Shown: piece by piece, positions 46,701 through 56,044 of the stretch
Layout: every line of letters begins with the position of its first letter
Position numbering within the stretch: the first letter of the stretch is position 1
Virus record (IMG/VR): IMGVR_UViG_3300003937_000144
Location: 1 to 64,000 of that record
Reading direction: 5' to 3' (one strand)
Length of the DNA: 64,000 nt
DNA from: a virus
The notes under the pieces: generated by a model
Seen by the model: the letters and a program-made list of their open reading frames with translations, nothing else
Told to the model about the DNA's origin: nothing
Database searches by the model: none
Translations under genes and position numbers: made by a program

Positions 46701-48881
46701 ATTAATAACGATGGTGAATTTGATGCGATGGTAGCAAACCTTCAGCCTCAGGTAGGTACTGTATGGGGCGAATGGTCAACTAACTGGACTGGTCAAGAAT
46801 GGCGTGGAGTCGGTGGTAGAACTAGTGGACTCTTTCAGACTGGTACATCTACACGAACAGGTATTCAACAAACTATTGAGGTTGTAACATCAAGATTTAG
46901 TATTGGTGATCGTATTGTTGAAGTTAACTTTGTTCCATTTATGAGAACAAGACTTGTAGAATTTTCCGCAACACGCATGAAACCTGCAACTCAAGTCTAT
47001 GCATTTTTTGATGGTACATCTGTAGCAGACTATGTATCTACTACATCAACAAGCTATACACCTTTAGTTGGTGTTAATACTGTTACTGCTCACCCCGCTG
47101 GGGCCACGACATTAACAACCGATGCGAATGGCGCAATAAGTGGTACATTCTTAATACCTAATAACTCTGCCTTAAATTTCCCAGCTGGTGAAAAAGAATT
47201 TAAACTAACTCAAAGATCTGATAATGACGATTCAATAACAACAACATCCGCTACAGCAATGTATACAGCTGCGGGATTAATTGAAACTAGAGAGAATGTT
47301 ATTATTTCAACAAGAACTCCATTCATTCAGAAAACTTCGGCTGGTACTCAAACACAAAGTGCTAGTAGAGATACAGGACAAAGAACGACGCCAAGGGTTA
47401 ATTGGGGTGATCCACTTGCTCAATCTATCTTACTTGACCAAGCTGCATTTGTTACTTCAGTAGATCTTAACTTTACTACTAAAGATGATAACATACCAGT
47501 TCAAATACAGATTAGAGAAATGGTTAATGGATTCCCAACACAGGTTATTATTCCATTCTCTGATGTAACACTTAATCCAAGTGCTGTTAGTACATCTGCT
47601 GCAACAACATTTACATTCCCATCCCCTGTTTATTTACAAGATGGTGTTGAATATGCAATAACAGTTATATCTAACTCAAATAAATACCATGTGCGTTATG
47701 CTCAGATTGGTGATGAAGATCAAAATGGTAATAGAATAAGCCAACAGCCATACGCTGGTGTATTATTTAAATCACAGAATGCTTCAACATGGACTCCTGA
47801 TCAGAATAAAGATTTAATGTTCACATTGAATAGAGCAGTATTTGATATTTCAACTTCACGTAATTGTGTACTTAGAAATGCTGCATTGCCTTCAAGAGCT
47901 TTAGAAGCAAATCCATTAACAACTGTAGCATCGGCTGCCGGTGCGGCTAATACATTTAAAGTAACTCATAGAGATCACGGCTTTAAAGTTGGTGACACAG
48001 TTACTTTAGCTGGATTTGCAGATACAAATGGTTATGATGCAGACGAATTAAATATAACACACACTATTGTGGCAGTAACTATGGATAGTTATACTATTAC
48101 AACAGCGGCTGGTTCTCCTGGTGGTCATGTTCTTGCGATTACTGCTGGTAATGGTGGTGGTACTGCATGTACTGCAACTCAACATCTAGCTTGGAATACA
48201 ATACATCCAGTTGTACAAGGGATTGTATTACCTGATACTACAGCAACATGGACAGTTAAAGATGCATTAATGTCAAGTGGAACTATTACTGCTACTGGAG
48301 CGGCTATAGTACTTAACGAAGACTATACTCCTTTATATCCTAAAGTAATTAAATCTGGGGCCACGCAAACATTACAGTTTGATGGTACATTCGCTTCAAC
48401 GAATGCTTACCTATCACCTGTTATTGATATGGAACGTTGTTCAGTAATTACTATTGGTAATAGAATTGATAATAATGCTGGTGTATTTAATGCAGGGTTA
48501 ACTGCATTAACTGCTACTGCTGAGACAACGGCGGCATTAGGATCTAACTTAGCAAAGTATGTAACTAAAACAATTGAATTACAAGATACATCAGATGCAA
48601 TTAAAATATATTTAGATATTAATAGACCAAACGGATCATTTGTTGACGTGTACTATAAGACTGGTAACACGGCTGGAACATTTGATGCTGAGTCATGGGT
48701 TGAAGCTACACCTAATGCAACAGTTAAATTCTCGGATGGATCTACATACGATGAAACAGTATATGATATTGCCCCTGCAGCTTCATTTACTATATTTGCA
48801 ATTAAGATTGTAATGAGATCTACTGGTACAAGTTATATTCCAATGTGTCAAGATCTTAGGGCTATAGCAATGAGAGTGTAA
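43773..48881 (+). CDS. Large baseplate-associated structural protein (VrlC/DUF4815-like)
   Basis: PYWDDF, LFRPG.AVQARELTQ.Q, APGAHR, LARRTFDESG.Y, RFTMRDIG, DPLAQS, DLRAIA. Confidence 0.85.
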   Translation: MAISFNVEPYWDDFETAGADGLSPKEKYQRVLFRPGKAVQARELTQLQTSLQHQLSSTGDHIFKEGSVVVPGALHLHNKLDYVRLSACNTGLVADIVGTEYTDGTNVAKVIHAALASGDDSITIWVQYISGAVFASGASLTATGSKTATVASSNDANANTPTGFGSIVSLEDGIYYIKKHMVVAKAKTIILSKYTSNVSFDIGLLVTEALVSSGTDASLNDNATGTPNASAPGAHRYSITAVLSTQAVNATTGNFVLIARLEEGIVIKNARTADYNHLEDELARRTFDESGNYYVNPFKALVKTHQAASPDATKLTLAVEPSKAYVRGYEIQTLSTTNVTVDRARTSEVVSDKLTEVTHNNYIEVTAMTGVPDITTFGKISIENSGGNEIGTCRARSIERVSGDGATAGSRYRIHIFEVVLDLATYPTGMAVATQLDDKEGTAAGTAFAATIATYNFGPDSLIYELPYKRIKTLNGEVDPNLSAVYDFSYNTNRIVGSATVSGSGTATFTAAATGEQFGSKSANTNWILINDTNDGDGGEEVLVGDITIDNNATPPNVVIDGLPTTGDLGGGGSDGAVGDTVRLIAPMVRTLTHKTKTLSANTSVAFGAGVTGGYDGAAAGYEKGQALGHADVHQLVTVVETSGSTDVTEHFELDTGQRDDYYDVGHVKLKSTSNYTAAVALTVTYKYFSHSTGDFFTVDSYTGQIDYADIPKLGDLELRACVDFRPRVADAGGNFTGTGNSISNAPVKGTQFSTDIQFYLPRIDKVYLNSAGTFGVAPGVPSRYPEKPNIPSDAMHLYTLTIPAYTLNPGEVEVEYIDQRRFTMRDIGRIEKRINQVEYYSVLSFLEAEAQNTQILDASNNARWKSGYLVDAFSNTRMSRSNSSEYKASVDLKSRTLRPPFSQGNASLDYHASSTTVRTGDLVTLPYTSAAMITQGQYSGLINVNPYDVFNWTGGMTLTPTTDEWRDVDRRPEVVINNDGEFDAMVANLQPQVGTVWGEWSTNWTGQEWRGVGGRTSGLFQTGTSTRTGIQQTIEVVTSRFSIGDRIVEVNFVPFMRTRLVEFSATRMKPATQVYAFFDGTSVADYVSTTSTSYTPLVGVNTVTAHPAGATTLTTDANGAISGTFLIPNNSALNFPAGEKEFKLTQRSDNDDSITTTSATAMYTAAGLIETRENVIISTRTPFIQKTSAGTQTQSASRDTGQRTTPRVNWGDPLAQSILLDQAAFVTSVDLNFTTKDDNIPVQIQIREMVNGFPTQVIIPFSDVTLNPSAVSTSAATTFTFPSPVYLQDGVEYAITVISNSNKYHVRYAQIGDEDQNGNRISQQPYAGVLFKSQNASTWTPDQNKDLMFTLNRAVFDISTSRNCVLRNAALPSRALEANPLTTVASAAGAANTFKVTHRDHGFKVGDTVTLAGFADTNGYDADELNITHTIVAVTMDSYTITTAAGSPGGHVLAITAGNGGGTACTATQHLAWNTIHPVVQGIVLPDTTATWTVKDALMSSGTITATGAAIVLNEDYTPLYPKVIKSGATQTLQFDGTFASTNAYLSPVIDMERCSVITIGNRIDNNAGVFNAGLTALTATAETTAALGSNLAKYVTKTIELQDTSDAIKIYLDINRPNGSFVDVYYKTGNTAGTFDAESWVEATPNATVKFSDGSTYDETVYDIAPAASFTIFAIKIVMRSTGTSYIPMCQDLRAIAMRV

Positions 48882-49075
48882 TGCATATACCAGTTCAAGG
48901 ACATCCGGGAATGGTAAGAGATACAAACTCAGGTGCAGTTATAAATATGGGCAGCGAAGGTGATAGACATTCTGCTAATAGAGCAAGGATGGCACGAGAA
49001 GCTGAGAGATTAAATAAAGTAGAACAAGATGTATCGGAAATTAAAGATATGTTAAAACAATTAATAGAGAGATAA
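48881..49075 (+). CDS. Small conserved virion-associated protein
   Basis: V.GHP..VRD..SGAVIN...EIK.ML motif. Confidence 0.7.
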   Translation: MHIPVQGHPGMVRDTNSGAVINMGSEGDRHSANRARMAREAERLNKVEQDVSEIKDMLKQLIER

Positions 49076-49076
49076 T

Positions 49077-50282
49077 ATGGCAACAGTAAACGTAACAACA
49101 GCAAATACATTTGAAGAATGGAGAGTCAAGACCAATGAGTTGGGAACAGCTGTTGGTAACTTAACTAATCTGACTGAGCCATTAGCAGGTGCAACAGATA
49201 TAGTTTCTGCATTAGCAGACCATGAGACACGAACAGAAGCGCTTGATCTTATTGTTGGTACTGCTGCATTATGGGACACAACTAATTATGGTACTTTGCG
49301 TAAAGCTGCAAATAAGAACCATGCAGATATTACGACACTAGCTGCAACAGCCGGTATTGATTTAGCTAACAATAGTTTATCTGGATATAATGGTTCAGAG
49401 ACAACTCTAGTAGCTATTCTTAATGCTCAATATGCAGTTGACAATACTCAAACAACTAATATAACATCTAACGATACTGATATTGCTGCTATAAATACGA
49501 AGCTAGGTACAATCTCGGCAGCTGCGATGGGAACAACTGCGGCAACGGTTGGTCCTGCTATTTTAGAATTACACGGTGAATTAACCACCGCTACTTCAAA
49601 TATTGCTGCCGTCGGTGCTGCTTATGTAGCTGTTGCTGGTGATACAATGACTGGCACACTTGTTACTGCAAGCTCTGGATTAAGTGGTTCAACAGCGGGT
49701 GTAAGTGCTGCAACGCTATTAACATTTGGTACTGGTTCTAGTACAGCAATGCAAATTAACTCAAGCCAACGTATTGGTATTGGTACAAGTGCTCACGCAT
49801 CGCATAAGGTAGATGTATCTGGTAGCTTGAATGCTACAACATTATCATATGGCGGAACAGATTTAAAATCAGTATTCCATGAACAAGGTGAGTCATTCCA
49901 AGATGCGGTAGGTGCAATGCTTGGTGGTACAGAAACTGGTGGAATATCAGTAACATATGATGATGCTAATAACCATATAGACTTCGCAATTGCAGATGAT
50001 GGACATAATCACGTAGTTGGTAACATTGATAACTTCGCTGAAGAAGTTCAAGATGTTGTTGGCGCTATGGTTGGCTCTAATACTGAGTCAGGCATATCGG
50101 TTGTGTATCAAGATGGTGATGGAACTATTGACTTTGATGTTAACGATCCAACCATTACTTTGACAGGTGCGGTTACAGGTTCTGGTACAATAACAAACTT
50201 AGGTTCAGTGAGCATAACAACAACAGGTGCGCCATCGCTTAAACTAGATATTTATGATGTTGCTGGCAACCAGTTGTTCTAA
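49077..50282 (+). CDS. Fibre/whisker-like structural protein
   Basis: TFEEWRVKTN N-terminus, coiled-coil, QDxVGAM repeats, C-terminal DIYDVAG. Confidence 0.7.
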   Translation: MATVNVTTANTFEEWRVKTNELGTAVGNLTNLTEPLAGATDIVSALADHETRTEALDLIVGTAALWDTTNYGTLRKAANKNHADITTLAATAGIDLANNSLSGYNGSETTLVAILNAQYAVDNTQTTNITSNDTDIAAINTKLGTISAAAMGTTAATVGPAILELHGELTTATSNIAAVGAAYVAVAGDTMTGTLVTASSGLSGSTAGVSAATLLTFGTGSSTAMQINSSQRIGIGTSAHASHKVDVSGSLNATTLSYGGTDLKSVFHEQGESFQDAVGAMLGGTETGGISVTYDDANNHIDFAIADDGHNHVVGNIDNFAEEVQDVVGAMVGSNTESGISVVYQDGDGTIDFDVNDPTITLTGAVTGSGTITNLGSVSITTTGAPSLKLDIYDVAGNQLF

Positions 50283-50314
50283 ATTGACAATAATATAAAT
50301 AAAGGTATAGGGAA

Positions 50315-50653
50315 ATGGCAGTATTAAGCAATTTAAGTATAGACCAAGGTGCAGACTATAGTGCTGACATCGTGGTAGAAGATGGTAATGGTAACGTTGC
50401 AGATTTAACTGGATATACTGTAGCGGGTCAAATGCGAAAAAGCTATGCCTCAAGTACCGCAACAAATTTTGGAGCTACTATAGCTAATGCCGGACAGGGA
50501 TTAATTACAATAACTCTATCGAATTCGGTTACAAATGGATTGAAGGCCGGAAGATACTTATATGATGTGGAGATAACCAAGACTTCTACAAGTGAGAAGA
50601 CTAGGGTTGTCGAAGGACAAGTTACGATTAACCCAGGAGTTACACAAACATAA
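50315..50653 (+). CDS. Virion adaptor (BppU-N-like Ig domain)
   Basis: IDQGAD, DLTGY...QMRKSY, GRYLYDVE, RVVEG..T..PGVT; late promoter 50294-50301. Confidence 0.75.
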   Translation: MAVLSNLSIDQGADYSADIVVEDGNGNVADLTGYTVAGQMRKSYASSTATNFGATIANAGQGLITITLSNSVTNGLKAGRYLYDVEITKTSTSEKTRVVEGQVTINPGVTQT

Positions 50654-50904
50654 TGGCATTACAAGGAAAGATTACAGCAAATAGGGGATACCAATCCGCT
50701 GGAATCACAAAGAAAGTTATAATGGCAAGAAATGTAAGTGTCTCGGGGGTAACGTCGCAGCTCGCAGCGTTAACTGATGTTGATGTTTCTGCTAGAGCTG
50801 ATGGTTCAATTATACAATGGGATGGTTCTGCCGGAACATTTAAAGTTAAGCCGACTATGGAAGATACGAATAGTAATACAAAAATTAATGGAGGGTCATT
50901 TTAG
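50653..50904 (+). CDS. Small fibre connector protein
   Basis: L..LTDVD....DGS..QWD motif; C-terminal INGGSF. Confidence 0.65.
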   Translation: MALQGKITANRGYQSAGITKKVIMARNVSVSGVTSQLAALTDVDVSARADGSIIQWDGSAGTFKVKPTMEDTNSNTKINGGSF

Positions 50905-50940
50905 TGGCGCTACAACTTAACAAATTAGAGGAGAAATAGG

Positions 50941-52812
50941 ATGGCAGGAACAGTCATTGTAACTAAATATAGTTTAGCCACAGGCTCGCCGGCAACAGAT
51001 GCATTAGCGGTTGGTGAACAGGCTTACTCATTTAGTTCAGATAAATTATTCATTGGCGAAACATCGGGTTCGGATGTAGTAGCACGAGTAATTGGTGGTC
51101 AAGTCTACACAGACATGTTGGACCACACTGCGGGTACGCTAACAGCGTCATCAGCAATTATAACAGACGCATCGAGTAAAATTAGTGCATTAAATGTTGA
51201 CAACTTAACATTAGATGGTAATGCAATCACATCAACAAATACAAATGGTGATATTACAATCACACCACATGGATCTGGTAAGGTTATCCTTGATGGTTTA
51301 TCTCATCCAACGGCTGACGGTTCGAATGGTCATGTCTTAACAACTGACGGTTCGGGTAACTTAAGCTTTACTGCACCAGCTTCATCAAGCTTATCGCTTG
51401 CTGCTGATTCAGGTTCAAATGATACCTTTAATACTGGTGAGACATTAACCTTTACAGGTGGTGATGGTATTGATACAACAGTATCAGATAATACAATAAC
51501 AATTGCCGCAGAAGTTGCAACCTCAGCTAATAAGGGTGTTGTAACATTAAACACTGCTGACTTTGATGTAACATCAGGTGATGTAACGGTTAAAGCTTTA
51601 GGTATATCGAATGCACAACTTGCTGGTTCAATTGCTAATGGTAAATTAGCAAACTCAACTGTTGCATACGGTGGTGTTACATTATCATTAGGTACTGCAG
51701 ATACAACTCCTGCATTTGACCTAACTGATGCAACTAACTATCCAACATCTTCATTAACTGGCAGCATTACTAATGCTCAGTTAGCAGGTTCAATTGCTAA
51801 CGGTAAACTAGCAAATGATGGTATAACAATTGGTTCTACTGACACATCTCTTGGTGATACAATTACAGCATTAGCTGGAATGACAGCAATCGCTGTTGAC
51901 AATGTATCAATAGATGGTAATGCAATTTCAACAACTGATTCAAACGGTAACCTATCACTTGCACCACATGGTACAGGAACAGTTACGGTTCCTTCAAGTT
52001 ATGAAGGTCGTGCTGGATTTGGTTCTGATTCACTTACAAATAAAGCATATGTTGACTCTGTTGCAAACGGTTTAGATGTTAAAAAATCTTGTCGTGTTGC
52101 TACAACAGCCAACCTTGCTGCAACATATAACAATGGTGCAGGTACACTAACTGCAACTTCAAACGCTGCAATTTCTATCGATGGTGTAACTCTTGTTGCA
52201 GATGATAGAATTCTTGTTAAAGACCAAACAGCTGGTTTACAAAATGGTTTCTATAAAGTAACAACTGTTGGTGATGGTTCTACTGCATTTGTTATAACAA
52301 GAACACCAGACGCTGATGCAGCCTCTGAATTAACCGCAGGTGCATTTACATTTGCTGAAGAAGGTACTGATAACGGAGACAATGGTTATGTAATGAGCAC
52401 AAACGGTGCCATCACACTTGGTACAACTGCAATTACATTTGACCAATTCTCAGGTGCTGGTCAAATTAGTGCTGGAAATGGTTTAACTAAGTCTGGTAAT
52501 ACAATCAATGTTGTTGGTACAGCAAACAGATTAAGTGTTGCTGCTGATGCAATTGATATTGATTCAAACTATGTTGGTCAAGCTACAATAACAACATTAG
52601 GTAGTATTGCTACAGGTACTTGGGCAGCAACAGATGTTGCAATAGCTCATGGTGGTACAGGTGTAAGTTCACATACTGGTGACGGATATTGGGTATCAAA
52701 CGCTGGCGGTACAGCATTAAGCTACATAACTGGTACACAATACCAGCATTTAGGATTTAGTTCAACTGGAGTTCCACAAGCAAGTGGAACAATTGATGGT
52801 GGAACATTTTAA
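50941..52812 (+). CDS. Tail fibre protein
   Basis: LAVGEQA N-terminal domain, ITNAQLAGSIANGKL repeats, DRILVKDQ...NG.Y domain, C-terminal IDGGTF. Confidence 0.8.
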   Translation: MAGTVIVTKYSLATGSPATDALAVGEQAYSFSSDKLFIGETSGSDVVARVIGGQVYTDMLDHTAGTLTASSAIITDASSKISALNVDNLTLDGNAITSTNTNGDITITPHGSGKVILDGLSHPTADGSNGHVLTTDGSGNLSFTAPASSSLSLAADSGSNDTFNTGETLTFTGGDGIDTTVSDNTITIAAEVATSANKGVVTLNTADFDVTSGDVTVKALGISNAQLAGSIANGKLANSTVAYGGVTLSLGTADTTPAFDLTDATNYPTSSLTGSITNAQLAGSIANGKLANDGITIGSTDTSLGDTITALAGMTAIAVDNVSIDGNAISTTDSNGNLSLAPHGTGTVTVPSSYEGRAGFGSDSLTNKAYVDSVANGLDVKKSCRVATTANLAATYNNGAGTLTATSNAAISIDGVTLVADDRILVKDQTAGLQNGFYKVTTVGDGSTAFVITRTPDADAASELTAGAFTFAEEGTDNGDNGYVMSTNGAITLGTTAITFDQFSGAGQISAGNGLTKSGNTINVVGTANRLSVAADAIDIDSNYVGQATITTLGSIATGTWAATDVAIAHGGTGVSSHTGDGYWVSNAGGTALSYITGTQYQHLGFSSTGVPQASGTIDGGTF

Positions 52813-52847
52813 TTAACGTATATATATAAGAAAGAGAGGAAAATAAT

Positions 52848-53825
52848 ATGCCAAAACCTTTAAAGTGGAATGGAAGTGCAGGACTTAAGGAAATGTCCGC
52901 AGCTGAAATTGATGACAACGTCGATCTAATATTAGACCATTTTTCTGGAATGACATCTAATAATACTGGCCACCTTGCAATGAATGCAGAGTCGGGCTGG
53001 ACAGACATTGGTACATTCGCAGATACTAGACGTGACCAAGCACAGGGAACTCACCCGGCTAATACAACCATTCATACAGACAACTATGTCTTTAGACAAA
53101 ACTTAACTGACGTTACTCCTAGCCCAACAGCTAGGCCGTTCGCAGTTAAATATGATGGTGGTTCTTTTGATGGTATGATTGAAATGACAGATGCTGAATG
53201 CAGAGCTGACATTGTTGATAGAATCAATATTAAAATTGCTGCAGGTGGTGTAGGTTCATATGTATTACAACCAGCAGCTCCTGGTACAGGAACATGGACT
53301 AACGTTGGTACAGTTAATAACAAATTAGCTGTGGATTCAGTTGCTAATAGCACAATACTTTGGAAGAGAACAACTGGTTCGAATACAACTGCAACAAGAC
53401 CTCTAAAATGGAATTCAAATCAAGTGAAAGAGATGTCTGATGCTGAGATTAATGACTTAGTAGAAATGTATCAAGAATCTATTGTTGATACAGGTATTGG
53501 TAAGTACACATTAGCTGCAGCCGCTCCTGGTACAGGAACATGGCAAACAGTAGGTTCGGCCTTTGTTGATACAAGAAAACAAAGAACAGACCAAAACTAT
53601 TCAGGTGATTATACTGGTGCTTATACCGGTAACTATACTGGAGCTTATACAGGTTATTACTCAACATACTACTCAGGACGTCAAGTAGGTCCATATACTG
53701 GATATTACTCAGGCACATATACTGGATATTATTCAGGAACTTATACTGGTTCATATACTGGTGCAACAATTATGGCCGCAACAGACTCAGTAACTACAAT
53801 GAAACTTTGGTTAAGGACAGCATAA
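52848..53825 (+). CDS. Structural protein with Y-[TS]-G-x tetrapeptide repeat
   Basis: Internal repeats PLKW..KEMS.AEI and AAPGTGTW; YTGx array near C-terminus. Confidence 0.75.
   Translation: MPKPLKWNGSAGLKEMSAAEIDDNVDLILDHFSGMTSNNTGHLAMNAESGWTDIGTFADTRRDQAQGTHPANTTIHTDNYVFRQNLTDVTPSPTARPFAVKYDGGSFDGMIEMTDAECRADIVDRINIKIAAGGVGSYVLQPAAPGTGTWTNVGTVNNKLAVDSVANSTILWKRTTGSNTTATRPLKWNSNQVKEMSDAEINDLVEMYQESIVDTGIGKYTLAAAAPGTGTWQTVGSAFVDTRKQRTDQNYSGDYTGAYTGNYTGAYTGYYSTYYSGRQVGPYTGYYSGTYTGYYSGTYTGSYTGATIMAATDSVTTMKLWLRTA
53598..53765 (+). repeat. 12-bp-period coding repeat (YTGx/YSGx x14)
   Basis: YSGD YTGA YTGN YTGA YTGY YSTY YSGR QVGP YTGY YSGT YTGY YSGT YTGS YTGA. Confidence 0.85.
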
Positions 53826-53826
53826 T

Positions 53827-54261
53827 ATGGCAAAGCATAAAATAGTTTCATGTTATACCAAATCAGGTGCAGCATTTAATACAATAACAGAAGCAATAGA
53901 AACACATATGGCGGCTTCATCTGCTACTGAAACAACAATTGCTGAGTATGAATCATGGGTTGATGGACAAACTAACTTTACTGAAACAAAATCATTAACA
54001 TCTAATGGTTCAGCTGTTGCCTCTGGTACTGCAGGTAATGGTTATGCATTAACTAGAACTTGGACACAAGCTAAGTTAGCAGCATTGGCAGCAACATGGA
54101 CTTCTCTTGCTGAAGCTAAAGGTGAACCAACAACTATTGGTACTGGATGGACAGTAACCCATACTGATACTGATCCTGCTAGTGGTAATCCATCACCTGT
54201 ATGGGGTGGAGATGGAACAGGTGGTCCAGAAGGTTCAACATTTGGAGTAGAAGGCATTTAA
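53827..54261 (+). CDS. Hypothetical protein (likely virion)
   Basis: Thr/Gly/Ala-rich, codon style like neighbouring structural genes. Confidence 0.6.
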   Translation: MAKHKIVSCYTKSGAAFNTITEAIETHMAASSATETTIAEYESWVDGQTNFTETKSLTSNGSAVASGTAGNGYALTRTWTQAKLAALAATWTSLAEAKGEPTTIGTGWTVTHTDTDPASGNPSPVWGGDGTGGPEGSTFGVEGI

Positions 54262-54305
54262 TAAGCGAGTATAAATAATTATATTATAACTGAAAGGAAT
54301 ATATC

Positions 54306-54755
54306 ATGGCAACTGAGAATAAAAAAATCAATGATCCGTACTACGCGGATGCATCTTCCAATCTAATCGTATGCGACTTCTTATATGAAGATGGCACATC
54401 TACAACTGTGTCAATTGGAAATACTCCTAAGGGAGAAAAAGATAATCCGGATTGGAAACAAGTATTTAAAGAGTTTACTCACGAAGAAATTAAAGCAAAT
54501 ACTAAATTAAAAGAAGATTCATATCATGCTAACCAAGCTGGAAGACTGGCCAAAGAAAAAGCTGATCAAGATAAAGCAAAGAATGAAGCATTATTTGCAG
54601 CAAAGGTTGATGCCTTTGAAATCGCAGAGGTTAAAGCTTCTAAGAATAGAGTGGCAAAATCTAAAATTCGTAAAGCAAGTAATCTAGTAGAGATCTTTGC
54701 TTATAGTGCATCTATTATCTTAGAAGAAAATGCCAAACCAAAAGAAGAAGCTTAA
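54306..54755 (+). CDS. Hypothetical protein
   Basis: LFAAKVDAFEI.EVK.SKNR..K..IRKA motif; late promoter 54270-54277. Confidence 0.65.
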   Translation: MATENKKINDPYYADASSNLIVCDFLYEDGTSTTVSIGNTPKGEKDNPDWKQVFKEFTHEEIKANTKLKEDSYHANQAGRLAKEKADQDKAKNEALFAAKVDAFEIAEVKASKNRVAKSKIRKASNLVEIFAYSASIILEENAKPKEEA

Positions 54756-55443
54756 TGGGTTCATAATTGTAGCAAGTCAGTTTTACGAGTATTATGAGGC
54801 GGCTCATATGCTTATAGATTCACTGCTAGATTATATGCCAGAGGCAAACATTGCCCTATTCGCTCATGACCAATGGACCAAGAATGATTCACGCTGTGAC
54901 GATCTTTATATGGTTGATGATTGTCCTAATCATGTTCGAGCCAAACTCTATTGCCTATCTAAAACCCCATTTGATAAAACTGTATACTTAGATGCTGATA
55001 CTTATGTGCAGCATGAAGATGTATCTAAGATGTTTGACTTCGATTCCGATTTAGTATTCACTAATATAAGACCATACGCAGGTAAGATAGCTAAGTTTGT
55101 TGGAGGTGAAATGGTATTACATGGTGGCGTATTCGGTTATAAGTCAACGCCTAGAGTATTTCAATTCATGGATGATTGGTGGAATTATTATAATAAGCAA
55201 AGAACTAATGAATGGTGGCCAGAAGGGGTTCAACCAAAATCACAATTAATTAGTTGGGATCAGCTAACTTTATGGTGGTTAACTGAAAATACGTATTCTG
55301 ATTTAGATATAAGTATATACGAAGATGATGCAAGATGGAATTTTGTTTATGTATATAAAGAAGATGAATGCAAAGGACCAATAGTAATATGGCATTATAC
55401 ATTACCATTAAAAAAACCGGCAGATGCGCGAAGTCTTAATTAA
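54730..55443 (+). CDS. GT-A fold glycosyltransferase-like protein
   Basis: RAKL, TPFDKTVYLDAD (DxD), HGGVF, WDQ, RWN, IWHY. Confidence 0.78.
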   Translation: MPNQKKKLNGFIIVASQFYEYYEAAHMLIDSLLDYMPEANIALFAHDQWTKNDSRCDDLYMVDDCPNHVRAKLYCLSKTPFDKTVYLDADTYVQHEDVSKMFDFDSDLVFTNIRPYAGKIAKFVGGEMVLHGGVFGYKSTPRVFQFMDDWWNYYNKQRTNEWWPEGVQPKSQLISWDQLTLWWLTENTYSDLDISIYEDDARWNFVYVYKEDECKGPIVIWHYTLPLKKPADARSLN

Positions 55444-56044
55444 AAATAAAGAGATATTAAAAAGACTTGATGGCTTTATTGAAAGTATCAAGGGCCTTGA
55501 CATGTCTATTTTAGATATTAAAGAGCAAGGAGACAAGGGTAAAATATATGCCACCTCCAAAGAATATCTACAACTCGTATTAAATAAAGCTGAGAATAAA
55601 CAATTTAGAGGGCCACCTGAAATGATGTGGGGTGTAGACTTATGTAACAATCATAAGTACGGTGGCGAATGGTTAATACTTGCAGAGGATGTAGGATTTA
55701 ATTTTGCAAGAGAATTAGGTGCACAACAGAATGCATTGTTCATGTATTATCCTAAGGATGGTTATATAGGTTGGCATGATAATAGAGATGCTCCAGGATA
55801 TACTATATTATTTAATTGGAGTGAGGGTGGAGATGCATTCTATAGATATCGTGATTGGAAAACTGGTAAGGTGCATACTATACATGACAGACCTGGTTGG
55901 ACCTGTAAGACTGGTTGGTATGGACCAGGTAAAGAGTCAACATTCCATTGCGCTATGACTAATGAACCAAGATGGAGTATAGCATTCTATGCACGTAATG
56001 AGACGATGAGAGATCTAATCATTGATGAAATAGAAAATGACTAA
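55424..56044 (+). CDS. 2OG-Fe(II) oxygenase-like (DSBH) protein
   Basis: YYPKDGYIGWHDN ... FHCA ... RWSIAF. Confidence 0.65.
   Translation: MREVLIKNKEILKRLDGFIESIKGLDMSILDIKEQGDKGKIYATSKEYLQLVLNKAENKQFRGPPEMMWGVDLCNNHKYGGEWLILAEDVGFNFARELGAQQNALFMYYPKDGYIGWHDNRDAPGYTILFNWSEGGDAFYRYRDWKTGKVHTIHDRPGWTCKTGWYGPGKESTFHCAMTNEPRWSIAFYARNETMRDLIIDEIEND

Noticed and set aside
53598-53765. CRISPR-like or non-coding tandem repeat
   Set aside because: 12-bp period with synonymous variation inside an ORF; it is a protein repeat
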